DNA from: the human T2T-CHM13v2.0 reference genome, Homo sapiens
Direction: 5' to 3' (one strand)
DNA: 64,000 bases
Assembly: GCF_009914755.1 (NCBI RefSeq)
Contig: NC_060928.1
The position numbers and the translations under genes are program-made. The notes below the pieces were generated by a model. That model was not told where the DNA came from. It saw only the letters and a list, made by a program, of their open reading frames with translations, and made no database searches. Shown in pieces: positions 49,790-64,000 of this stretch (positions are counted from its first letter, which is position 1; the number at the start of each line of letters is the position of its first letter).

Positions 49790-50790
49790 TCTCATTCCAG
49801 ACATTGTAGACAGCTCTAAAATTTCTATTTGGTTTTTTTTTGTTATATCTTCAATGTCAATGTCTCTACTTCAATTTTTGAACATATGGGATAGAGTTAT
49901 AATAAGTTTTATGTCTTTGTATAATACTTTTCAGATCTGTGTTAGTTCTAGGACAGTCTCAATTGATTGATTTTTCTTCTTATCATGGCTCTTGTTTTCC
50001 TTTTTCTTTGTATGCACAATAATCCTTGACTGAACAGCAGACATTGTCAGTTGTGGCTTGTAAGATACTGGATAAGTTTTATTTTTATAAATATTCTTAC
50101 CTTTGTTCTAGAATGCAGTCAAATTACTTAGAAACAATTCAATCTTTTTTTGAGTCTTGCTTTTATGCTTTGGTAGGTGAGAGTGGAGCAGAGCTCAGAC
50201 TGGTTCTATTCTCCACTTCTGAGACAAGATCCTCTGTATCTTGCCTCATCTATTTTAAAATTTTCCAATCAGACCAATGGCAGCGGGCACTATTACCCTC
50301 TCTGTGTGTGAGCTGGACACTGTTATGTCTAATAACCTCTGGTGGTTCTTTCCCTAAACTGAGGTAGTGTCCTTAAATGTATGTGCTGATCAGTACTCTG
50401 CTGACTAGTCAATGGACCCCTCTACAGATCTCTGGATTTCTTCCTGTTTGCAGTTTTTTTTTTCTTTCCAGTGTTCCATCCTACAAACTCTAAGCACTTT
50501 GCCCTTTTGAAATCTTAAGTCCATCTCCTCAACTCAAGGTGTGCTCTGGACTTCACCTCAGTTCCTCCCCCTTGTGCCATGGTCTGGAAACTCTAAGACA
50601 TTAAGCTGACACACTTGTATGTCTCAGCTCATTTGTTTCTAATATCTCAGGAATCACCATCCTTCATTTTCTGATGTCCAGTGCATTGAAAACTATTAAT
50701 TATATATTTGGTATGGGTTTTGGCTGTTTCAGACAGAAAGGTAAATTTAGTTCCTTTCATTAGATCACGATCTGAAATAAATGTCAACCT
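49790..50790 (-). mobile_element. Old L1M fragment
   Basis: T-rich antisense L1M-like sequence: tctatttggttttt..., ctgatcagtactc...ccctctacagatctctgg..., ctgatgtccagtg. Confidence 0.6.
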
Positions 50791-52311
50791 AGGTATTTTA
50801 ATTTTAACACATTGTTTTCCACATATATTTAGAATGGAATATAGAAGAGTAAGGTGGGTAGTGAAGTCCTAAAATTTAAACATGTTTGAGACAAATCCCC
50901 AGGACAAATATGATGTTATGCAATTAGTGTGACTAAGAGTGGAACTAGTTAGGAAGACAGATTTTGGAACTAGTTAGGAAGACAGACTTTCACGATCTCT
51001 TCTTTCAGGAAGTGGAGAATGAAGCAAAGGGCTACCTTGCTATTGTTGCTGGTGAACAGTGAGACTTACCTTGCTAGTATTGATGGTGAACAGTGAGACT
51101 TCTTCTAGGACATTGGGAATCCCATTCTGCTCTAGAACTAGCTCTCCAAGGAGGAGCCCTTCTTTCTTTTTCTACCTTTTTCTTCCCTTCCCTATCAGAG
51201 CACAGGTTGATCTGATTACTGTGCCATCCTCATCTTCTCCCTCTTCTTTGCAGTGCAAACACCACTCATAATGGGTAGGGCATCCAATATTACTTTAGTG
51301 GCTATTTAGTGATACTCCATATCATCATCTTCCTGTTGCTAATGTGCTAAAATGAATTTAAATATCTCTTTAGTATCTACTAGAGGCCCACTTGTGAATA
51401 CAATACTGTTGAGTGCCATCACAGAAATTTGGTGAGGATTTTCTTAACATAATAGAGGAATGAACTTCACAGACACAGTCCTGAAGAATGACATGTAAAT
51501 CTTCTTTAAAAAACTGAATTATATTTTTAATATATTAGTTTATTGTGGTCTTTAAATATCATCTCAACTTTTGGTTATATATAATGAATGTATCTGACCT
51601 CACTTTGAAGAAAATTACCTTTGTGTATTTTAGTGTTTCTTGTCTGTCTGCCCCTACCCCAACCCAAAATGTGTATTATATTTTTTAGCAGTAATTTTTA
51701 TGATAAAGTTAGATTCATCTAGGTGAAACTGCATACCTCTCTATTTGATATAATCTAGAAATATTCTAATGGGAACAATTATTTGAATTATAACTAACAT
51801 GCTGGACTGGATTTTGTTTTACTTTTTAATTGAATGATGTCATATTGAATGAGAACTCCATCTTGCTCAGTCACATAAATATAATTTCTGAGAGCATGTC
51901 ACATGTAAATCATGTAAACACACAAAGGTACCAATTTGATAGCCCAAATAGATGAAATGTGGGAATAACATCTTATTTTATTTGGGGGAATTTTTGGCAT
52001 CCCGCTCATCAGATACAGAATTAATTGATTTCTAAAATATACAGTTATTAAAGAGCAGAACTAGTTGAGTTCTAAGATATATGGTTATTAATATATAATT
52101 GATAGATATTTATAAAAATATATTTGAATTTATTTTATATATTTCATCTTATACATTTATGTTAATAGGAGAGCTTTGATAGATATCAATGTTTGAGCGA
52201 TCAAAATAAACATTATTTGACTTTATACAACCTTCTTCCGTCATTGATTTTTTTGTATCCTGCCCTATTAATAGAATTTCTGGAGCCTTTGGAATTTTCC
52301 TTTGTTTCATT

Positions 52312-52437
52312 TCATTTTTTAGAGACGAGTTCTTGCTTTGTTGCCCAGCTGGCCTCAAACTCCTCAGCTCAAGTGATGCTCCCACATCTGCCTCCAGTTT
52401 AACTTAGACTACCTCACCATGCCACTGCACCTGGTTT
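52312..52437 (-). mobile_element. Alu monomer (FLAM-like), decayed
   Basis: ttttagagacgag...gttgcccagctggcctcaaactcct..gctcaagtgat...ccactgcacctgg. Confidence 0.8.
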
Positions 52438-54482
52438 AGGCTACTATTTTATAACAATGTTTCTTTACATAATATGAAAAGTTTTGGCATCTTGCTTTAG
52501 TGTATATGTTATACTTGAAACTGGACAAAAAACACAACTCTTATTCACACAAATGACATCAAACGTTAAAAAAATTTTCCTGTTGGATTATATATCTTTA
52601 TATTTCTGGAGGCCAGGTTAGTTGTGATATGTTGACAAAATAAAAGCTTACAATAAAAGCCTTATTCTTTTGTTACCAATGTTTTTAAATGCTATGACTC
52701 AGACAAAGATGTGTGTTATGAAAGTAATCCTGTGTGTACTCTCCTAAATAGAAACTAAAGCAAGTGTACTCTGCTTGCTTATGTGTTCATTCTTCCTTTG
52801 CCTGACTTGTCTGTCCTTCTTGAAAATGAATGATTGAATAGAATGGCCTAGACATAGGGTCCATTTCTCTTTGTGCCTTGTTCAATGTGAAGATCCTACA
52901 GCCTGAAGCAATATCTCCTTTAGAAAACAGGGACTTATTTAGAGAGTGCATGCATCCTGTGATTGCAAGGGACGATTCCAGGGTTTTGTAAAGGCAAAAA
53001 TAGTGCTTTCAAATCCACGTAGATGCCATTCAAGGCACAAAGCTAAGTGAGGAAGAAAAAAGAAAGCAGCCAGGACTTTTAGATTCTGGGCTGAAAGATG
53101 CTATATAGGATGAAATTTGCATTTTCATTGCCTAGTTAATAGTCTTTCAAACTAATAAAATACACCATATCAAAGAGTAAAAAAGGTAGATGTGATTTCT
53201 ATTCCTACTAATTAACAGCTGAGACAGAAGAAAGCTGCAAAAATGTGAATAATTCTATAAAGCTAAAATATTAACTTGTGCCTATTTAGGGAATAGGAAA
53301 TCCATTGTTTTTTCATCATCAAACTTGCTTTCTTCAGTCCATGTTTTCATTTCATATTACCAAATTTTTGAAATGCCATCATTAAACTAGTAAATTTTGC
53401 TGTGGCTTTAATGGTTCATTCTATTTCTTTAAGTTAAATGTAAGGTTTCCTAGGCCTTGAATGTATAAAAATATGTTATAATTGAAAAACTGATTTAGTA
53501 GAACTGTTTCAAATAGCGACATAGCGTATTTCCTGCAGATTTGAGAAGCAGGTATGGGGTATGATAATCGTAGGCTGTATAACATTCAGCCACAGACTTA
53601 GTATACTGGCACTAAAAGCTATTTACATTTATAGGCATTAGGAAAACCATTCCAGGCAAGAAGAAGTTGTTTTATTATAAAACTAGAGGGCAATTAGGCT
53701 AGATCTCTAAAGAGAAAAAGAAATTTAAGTTAGAAAGGAGAAATGTTTGGGGAAGCGTAGAAAAGAAAATGTCAAAGAGGAAGGGGAAAAGGATGGAAAG
53801 GAAAATAACTCTTCCTAAAGAAATCATCCTTAAGATTAGTAGTTTCTTTAAATATTGATGCTTATAAAAATAAAAGTGCATACTGAATGATTCAAACTGT
53901 ACTTGAAACTCAGGTACATATTTTAAAATCAGGCAGGAAAAAAAGGTAGAATCTTGAGTGTGGAAAACATTTTTATTAAAAAAAAATAAGGTTTGTCCAT
54001 GAGGCAGATTTCTTTAAGCTCTCCGAGTTCACTGCATATCCTCAGCAATTTAGTGGGCTATGCTGCAGAATCATCATAAATCAATGAGAGGATGTCTTGA
54101 GCCGTGGGGAATTAACTGACTCGCTTATGTATGATGCGATTCACAGCACTTCCATTCGGAAACCTTTTATGAGACCACATGCTTGCTTGGCTCAGACACA
54201 CCTATGTCTAGGCAGGGATAGCTTTGGCTAGATCATATTTGTTTTCCTGTGTTTTCTTCTGCCTGAGGGAAGGAAAATTTTTTTCCAGGCAAATCCTCTG
54301 TCCTCTTTGGGTGGGGACTTCCAAATTAATTCTTAGTTGTCTGGATGAGAACAAGTATTAGAGATTAAAATTAATATTATCAGCTTCAGAAACACACAAG
54401 AATTCAAATTTGACAAACGTCAGGGAGTGGAAGAGAAGATCTATTTTTGAAATAATAGACATAATCAGAAATTCTCTGCTGG

Positions 54483-54501
54483 AATCCACCAGGGGGCAGA
54501 C
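54483..54501 (+). promoter_or_regulatory. Candidate CTCF binding site
   Basis: aatCCACCAGGGGGCAGac closely matches the CTCF core CCACCAGGGGGCGC/CAG and lies in non-repeat DNA. Confidence 0.7.
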
Positions 54502-55697
54502 CCCTCCTGATATGCTCCCTCCCAGTATTGGCCTCAGAGCCTGCAGCCTGTGAGAAGTGTTCTGAGAGACAACCCCTGTCCCTGTCATGCTTCAATCCAA
54601 TCTAACTCATTAGAAATCCTGCCTCCAATTCTTTTATTATACAGCATCACATGTACCATGGAAAATCTAAAAGGAAAGTAAATGGGAATCTTAGAAGAAT
54701 TTTATTATTAAGAAACTTAAATAGTGTTTTTAAAAGCCTCACAAATGCCTAGTTATTTAAAACACAAACAAAGGAAGTAGGCTCTTTTTTGCGGGATGTT
54801 TTTTGTTTGTTTTATGTCTCAGAAAGAACTAACATTATTAAGCAAGTGAAGAGCTTCAAAGGCAAGTTACAATCGAAATAAACAAAAACCTGGAAAAGGA
54901 GATTTTTACATGAAGGTTAGTTATCATAAAAAGAACAGTGACTGTCTCGCATGCTACTAAATATTTCTCATTTAGCAATAGATAACTTAAAAGCTTGCTG
55001 GGATAATGCACGAAAAGAGAAAGAGTAGTGAAAGGAATTATAGACTACACCATTATAAGAAATCAGAAAGTCAAAGCAGAAGCAAAATAAGTAGTTTTAT
55101 ATCTAAATACTTTAACAACACCCCTTATATTTATGCTATAATTTCTTTTATAGTAATAAATCACATTACACTGTTTCATACCAACTATGTTTCTACATCT
55201 GATGTAGAATGACAGTGAATAAAACTTGCTCTACCATTGAGAAGCTTATGCATCCTGAAAAGGCCTTTAGAATACACCCTTCATTGTCTGCAATTCCTGT
55301 GCTGTCAAAGTTCTTATTTTGTAAATGTACGAATACGTGGTAAAAATTCTTAGCAAGCCGTTGAGAGAGGTGTAAGAGAGGATGGGGCGAAGAAATGCCT
55401 GAAAGTTTCTTCAAATTAACAAAATTTTCATCAGTACGGTCTGATATCATTAATGGGTGGCAAACATTTTTGGACAAACATAAAAATTATTTTATCGTAT
55501 CACTTCTATTTTACAAAGTAATAATTATATTTAGCATATATCTCAGTTATCAGAGCTTTAGCGTGAAATAAACTGTAGACAAATCTGGTTCTAAAATACT
55601 ACTGACACTTACTAGTCTACTGAGGAAAAAACACAAGAATGACCATGCTCAAACATCCTAAAAACTTTATGAGAAATCACATTCTTCACAGTACTAA

Positions 55698-56187
55698 AAT
55701 TAAGTTACATTAGGATGTAGTGTAAGCCACAGTAACAAGGTATCCTAAAGTATATTGACTGAAACAAGATTAATATTAATTTCTTTGTGATGAAACTCTT
55801 CTGGTGGTTTGGGATTGGTAAGGTGCCCTAGAGGTGTCAGGGACACAAAACACTTTCATTCCTTTTGTTCTGCCATCTCTAGACTCTTACCTCATCAGCT
55901 TGCTTGAAATCAGTTAGTATCTACCTTACAGCCTGTGGGAAGGGTAAAACAAGAAGAAAATACTTTGTATGCTCCTTTTCTTTTGAGGGCAAGCAAGTTT
56001 CAGAGGTTGCACACTTCAACTTTTCTCATATACCATTGGCCAGAATTGGTCATGTGACCCTACCCGGCAAGAAAAGAGACTGGAAATGTCATGGTTCGTT
56101 GCCATAGCTTCAATTATAATGCCTATTTTTTTAATAGAAGAAAAGGGTAATGAATATTGATAAGGCAATTAGCAATCTCTGCCACAA
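55698..56187 (-). mobile_element. MLT1J/K-like MaLR LTR
   Basis: ccattggccagaattggtcatgtgacc...gactggaaatg...ggcaattagcaatctctgccaca. Confidence 0.7.
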
Positions 56188-56494
56188 AAGTGTACAAAGA
56201 TTGAAAGTATACAAATATTAATCAGACACAGCATCTCTAAGGTTTTCTTTTAATAACTGCATTTTTCTAATTTATTTTATAAATTTATGGTTTTTCAATT
56301 TATAATTTGTTTTTAATCAATCATATCAACTTCATTTTTTTAATACTAAGAATTTGAAACTGATTTAGGGACCAAATATTGGGGAATTTATTATAATCAA
56401 CTATATGTTCAATAATAATAACAGAGAAAAAACTACATCTCATCAAATGTACTCCTAAAACCAGACAGGTTTTAGAGTACTAGTTCTTTGAAAA

Positions 56495-56890
56495 TTTCAT
56501 TATGCTAAGTGAAATAATCCAGGATCAGAAGGACAAATACCATATGATTAAGTGGAATCTAAAACTATCGAAGTCAGAAACAGAAAGTAGATTTGTGGTT
56601 ACCAGAGGCTAAGAGGTGGGGAAATGGCAAGATATTGGTATAAAGTTTCAGTTAGGAGGGAAAAGTTTTTTGACATCTATTCCACAGCTTGGTGATCACA
56701 GTTAATAATAATGATTGGCAAACTTCAAATGGCTAAAAGATAAATTTTTCTCACCACAAAAATAACAAGTATGTGAGGTCATATGTTAATTCACTTGATT
56801 TATTCCTTCCACACTGTATACATATATCATAACATCACCATGTACCCCAATATATATACAATTATAATTTTTCAGTTTATAATAAAAAAA
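56495..56890 (+). mobile_element. Old L1MA 3' end
   Basis: cattatgctaagtgaaataatccagg...tggttaccagaggct...tctcaccacaaa...catcaccatgtacccc...aataaaaaaa. Confidence 0.85.
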
Positions 56891-57167
56891 TGCTGAAACA
56901 CTGAACAATACCAATGCTGTATAAACTATTGCAAAGCATAAAAAAAGAAGAAAAGCTCAAATAGATTCCAGGTTTGTTTTACAAAACAAGTTCCTTATAC
57001 ATGTCTTGTTCCTTTTGCATACTCCTATCCTTCTTGTCTTAAACACAGTTGATAGAAAAACTTCAATGATCTGAATGCCATTGATCATGTTAATTTTTTT
57101 GTTCATAATTTAAAAATTATTTTCAAAATAAAAAAGGAGAGGGATGCTATATTTTTTCTATCCAAAT

Positions 57168-57430
57168 GTTTTTTTATTGATAAATAATAGTTATACATAC
57201 TTATAGGGCATATGTAATATTTTGATATACTCATACAATGTATAATGATTAAATCAAGGAAATTCAGATATTTATCACCTGAAACATTTATCATTTATTT
57301 GTGCTAGGAACATTTCAAAGTTTCTCTTCTAATTATTTTGAAATATACAATGTATAATAATTAACAGTAGTTGCTCAACAGTGCTATCAAATGCTAGGAC
57401 GTATTTCTTCTACGTTAACTATACCCTCTT
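57168..57430 (-). mobile_element. Old L1MA 3' end
   Basis: ttttattgataaataatag...catacaatgtataatgattaaatcagg...aacatttatcatt...ttttgaaatatacaat. Confidence 0.8.
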
Positions 57431-58160
57431 ATTTACTGAGAAACAACCCCAACCTAGTGATTCAGAATCAAACAACTATTTACAGTCCAAAAATTACCAT
57501 TTAGGTTTTATACAGTCAAAATTAATTTCCAAGGAGTTAAGATGTTTATCATTTTATCAATGACAAACATAATTAATATTAAAACAAAACACAAGAGAAA
57601 ATCTATAGTAGAAGTAGACTGTTCCTACTTGCAAGATTTCTAATAAGTTTATATTCTTATACAATGTCCCATTGAAACATCTATGTTTAAACCTGGTTTC
57701 TACTCACTACTCTGCTAAGAGCCACAATGTTCAAATAGCCCTGATCTACCTTATCCTGATTAGCAGAACATTCTGTCCACTTTATCAAACACCAACTGAC
57801 TAGGCCATATCTCTGAAAAAAATACTTCTTTTAGTTATTAGATTTTTTTCAGTCTACCTTCTTTGAGCTTAATTTGGGGATTAGAGTGTTCTGTCTGGTA
57901 ATCATGAGAATTAATATTCTCTTATAAGTTAGAATAAATCTCCCATTTGTCTTACTTTGACTCAGGGTGTTCTTCTATCTGAAATCATGTTAGTGTTCCT
58001 CAGCTAATGTTACTTCTTTTATAGTTTATTGGAGGACTTATAATTTCTTTTTAAAGAAATAAAATGAATGAATTATTAACTCATACAAGCTTAATGCAAC
58101 ATTTTACAAGTAGAAAATCCATTTAAAATTAATGTATATTTATTTTATATTTCTTATAAC

Positions 58161-60120
<1,960 letters not shown>

Positions 60121-61044
60121 CAGGTAAAACCCTTTCAATGATCTATATCATTATTCTCTTATAACAACAATAACAACATAAGAAAGCAGGCAAAGAAAAT
60201 ATGTATTGTTCTTCCTTCGGAAATAAAGTATTTGAGGAACAACAAATTTAATAACAGGGCCAAGATTACTGAATAATTAAAGGAAGTACTGGTATTAGAA
60301 GGTAGGTATTCATGCCGTAAGTACTAAAAATCTAATTCAGTCTTTATCCCTAACATATGCATATTTACTTATTTAAAACTTATCTGAAGGCACAAATTAC
60401 TTACATTAAGTCAGTATATGCATTTTGTTTAAAAACAAAATAAATGCAAAGAAAAAGATAAAAATAAAAGAAAACAAAACTTTCAAAATTTTTTAAATAT
60501 ATGCCAGTAGGTCATAAACTCTTCCTTCTAGGTAATCTCCTTCAATGTCATTTGCAGTCTTGTCCTCTCTCTCATGTTGAGTTAAGACATCTCAAGTATA
60601 AACTACTCATACAGTTTACTGATATCTGAAATACCAGATAAGAAAGTGAAAATCCATTATTATGAAAATATGTTTTTTCCTTTGTTTGCGTGTCTTTTGC
60701 ACCTCTTCATTTATTCCTTCATTTTAATTATAATAGGATATAGTCATATATTTCTATAGGTATTAAGAGTAACAAATACCTAAGAAACAGCTTGAAAATG
60801 TGTTCTTATGGCCCATTTCCTAATGCCTTTTCCTCCAAATCACCTTGCTCTGAAATATCTTGTTGATATTTCTGATTCTCTGAGATCAAAAAAGGGAGTG
60901 CTTTTCTTTGCCCAGAAGTCACAGAGTGGGGATTTCATCTAATGATAAGTGAACATCTCAGCACAGCAGAAGGACAACTGAGCATTAGGCAGGTGCTATT
61001 GCACTGTGCAGCCTCCTCACTTTCAAGCAAAAGTGCTTACATGA

Positions 61045-61065
61045 ACAACTGTCCAAAGTGCTGGA
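61045..61065 (-). promoter_or_regulatory. Candidate RE1/NRSE (REST) site
   Basis: The minus strand reads tcCAGCACtttGGACAGttg versus consensus TTCAGCACCACGGACAGCGCC. Both half-site cores are present at canonical spacing. Confidence 0.45.
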
Positions 61066-61599
61066 TGAGGCCATTAGCAGCTAGCTTCTGTAGTATGAAA
61101 TGAATGTATTTCACTGCATTTAAGCCAAGAAAGGTTTGGAGCTTCCGTGATGTAAATTGGGCTCCATTATCACTTAGCAGTTCTTCGGGAATTCCATATC
61201 CAGTGAATAGTCTTTTAGTTCGGACTGGATAGAGAGAATTTTATAATCGCCTGTGGCCATTTACAGGAGATAATAAAAGTACTAATGACTACATGTATAG
61301 TTTAGGAAAACCCACTTTTTATCCCTGCTGATATTTGTTTAGTTAATTCAGAGTTTTAAATATATTTATGTAATATCTATGCTATAGTAGAAAAGTATTC
61401 TCTAGTTGATATTATGTAGAAATCAGTCCTGATGTAATTAAAGCTCTAAGCAATTGTGTATTTTTTTTCAGATCTCTCAATAATCTTTTGTAAACCTGTC
61501 AAACTATCACCCTCACACTCTTCAGTGGGTAGTTAGCATGATTCAAAGAGTATTAAATATACTATACAAATGTCTGTCATATTTGGTGTGAAAGGAAAT

Positions 61600-62420
61600 A
61601 TAACACTTAAGTTTTCTAATTACCTCTATGCATTATATATTACAGAATCATAATGGTAAAGGAAATCCTCCAAAGCCATATTTTTAGATTTTTCTGCATA
61701 CAAATTCAAGTATAACTAAACAAGAACTTTCTCTTCACTTCACAATGTGTCATTTCCAATAACTCTATATAAGATCCCAAATATTTTATTAAACAATTCT
61801 AAATTTTTATGTATACTTACATGTATTCCCCTTGAGAAACTAAAAAAGTCATACAGAAAATTTATCTCAGGTAACTTCCAAGAAATACAATAAACAATAT
61901 TTTTTTCTTGGAAAGATTCTATCATTGCTTTTCAAAACATGTATACACATCATTACTAGTGGCTTATTGAGTATAATTTCCATGTTTTATCTTTCTTTGC
62001 CCTTTAGTTCCCATTTCCTATAATCTCTTAGTGATCTTTATAATACCGTTGTGTTCTAATGAATAAATTTTGATTTTTATGAGTATATGCAATCTTCAAT
62101 ATTTTCTTGCACATAAGTTATCTGGATTCAATTCTGTAAGGTTTTACCCTCAAGTTTTCTATCTCTTCTATGATACTCCTTTTATACAACAATATATTGC
62201 TTCCATTATGCCATACATTTTCCGCAAAGTTTACATACACATTATTTTTATGAGGTGGACATCTAAAATTTAAAGTACAACTCCACATTGGACATGTTGG
62301 AACAAAAAAATATGTACTACTCTTTAAAAATAATTCCACATTTCTTCACAGCTACAAATTTCCTCCATGAAGAGATATTTAGATTATTTGTTGCTTTTGT
62401 CCATTTTGTTGGAACATATA
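61600..62420 (-). mobile_element. Very old L1ME-like fragment
   Basis: T-rich antisense L1M-like sequence (aacaatatttttttcttggaaag, ttcaatattttctt). Confidence 0.4.
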
Positions 62421-62429
62421 TACACATTT

Positions 62430-63048
62430 AAAGTCACATAAGACTTCTTGCTATGACTGAGGAGACTGACAAATACTCTCCCTAAAAAGCAATTATACAC
62501 TGAAGCAAAATTGACCGAAAATACCACTCCATTGCTCTGCAATTTAAGCGAGGCATAGAAAAACTGAAAAAGTCTTTACACTTGAAAAAATGCTAAACTT
62601 AAAAAAAGCAGTGTGAGTCTGCATCATTCTGGCTGGTGCTCCTCCTATTCTTCCCCAAGTCAGTGTGATTCTAATGTCAGAACTCAAAAGATGGAGAATC
62701 AGCAACCTTTGTATGTGGAGTGTTGGGTAATAGCCACACCCTTCAGTATTACTGGTGGAAATGGCTTCCTGAAGGCAGGCAAACACGTTAGAACCAGCTG
62801 CTTGGCTCTACGAGCCTTAGGTAGTGGATGTGATTAGGACAAACATTTCTGGCCGAGGTTGTGCTTGCATCCAAGAGACACTGACGAAGGCAAAAGATAT
62901 TCAAACATTCCTGGTTGACACTGACTGCATGTATATGCATAGGAAACTTAAAAGAGAGCATAGAAAAGTTAATTTGGTGCATCTTGGAAAGGACCTGAAC
63001 ATTGAATGTGTTGAATGTGTTTTCCTTCTCCCCCAACACACGCACAGG

Positions 63049-63085
<37 letters not shown>

Positions 63086-64000
63086 ACTTCTCTGCAGAAG
63101 ACAGAAATCTGACTGGCCCAAAGTTTTGAGCTCAACCCATGTGTAATCATTGGAGAGACACTAAGTTACACAGATGCAGAAGTATCTCCTAGGAAGCCAA
63201 GCTAAAAATAAATAAATAAAAAATAAATAATTTTAACAATCTGAGCAGAGACATAACTGGTCATGCACCACAGTGGAGACTGATCTCACAGGTTACATCC
63301 AGGCAACTTACAAAATCAAGAATAAAGAAAGAAACAAACACCTGACAAACATCATCAGGATCAAAATATCAAGATAAAGAGTTGCTACCAAATATTATCA
63401 AAAATGTCTAGTTTTTCAATAAAATGTATGAGAGATAAAAGAGACTGGAAGCTGTAATACATTGCCAGAAATAAAAAGCAGTCAATAGATAGAAACCGTC
63501 CTTAGGTATCCATCAACCTTGGATTTAGCAGAAAAAATGACTCAGATGTGCTTTTTAAAATATGTTAAAAGAAATAATGAGAATCAGGTTAAAAATGAAA
63601 GGAAACTATGATGACAAAGAATCAACAAATAAAATTATCAATGTAATACAGGAGTCACAAAAAATGATCAAATAACAATTCTGGAATTGGAGAGTATAAC
63701 CACTGAAGTTAAAATGGCACTGTAGCTGCTCAACAGTGTATTCCAGATGACAGAAAAAAGAATCAGTGAAAAAGGTACAGCTAAAGACTTATCAAACGTG
63801 ATGGAAAATATTAATAAACAAATATAAATAGAACAAATATTAAAATAGGCATACTTAAGCACATTATGATCTATCTGTTAAAGGCCAAATACAAAGAGAA
63901 AATATTGAAAGCAACAAGAGAAAAATGACTTATCTAATAGAGTTTAGAAGGCGGTAGAATGGAATATTAAAAGTGCTAAAACAAAACAAAATATAAACCA
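62430..64000 (+). mobile_element. Old L1M 5' region/ORF1 remnant containing (CA)n at 63051-63083; runs off the window
   Basis: aacaattctggaattggagagtataaccactgaa..., gaatcagtgaa, aaagagaaaatattgaaagcaacaagagaaaaatgac resemble L1M ORF1. Confidence 0.7.

Noticed and set aside
50940-51100. CRISPR-like repeats
   Set aside because: Only two adjacent copies of each unit, no spacers, no cas genes, and a mammalian context.

Overview
AT-rich, CpG-depleted primate genomic DNA, probably hominoid given AluY and L1PA2-7-type elements. I see no CpG island, no credible host exon, no RNA gene and no CRISPR array, so it looks like a gene desert or a large intron. All long ORFs are fragments of LINE-1 ORF2; the rest are chance, repeat-derived or microsatellite ORFs. 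A large part of the window is interspersed repeats: 4 primate L1PA insertions, several old L1M/L1PB pieces, 4 Alus, 2 Alu monomers, MER34, LTR16, LTR33 and MLT1 LTRs, an ERVL internal fragment, L2, CR1/L3 and MIR. I cannot support a new gene system. The most interesting signals are mechanistic. (1) An L1 insertion at 25780-26839 consists only of a poly(A) tail fused to an inverted 1-kb mid-ORF2 fragment, and its breakpoint lies 28 nt before an internal AATAAA, suggesting a prematurely polyadenylated L1 RNA. (2) An 82-bp templated copy of nearby DNA sits in the loop of a small palindrome at 19265-19359. (3) The L1 at 19966-21086 has a 14-bp twin-priming micro-inversion at its 5' end. (4) Two neighbouring L1s of different apparent subfamily share rare variants. 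There are also candidate CTCF, REST and homeobox regulatory elements. Repeat subfamily names come from recalled consensus similarity, and old-repeat boundaries are approximate.
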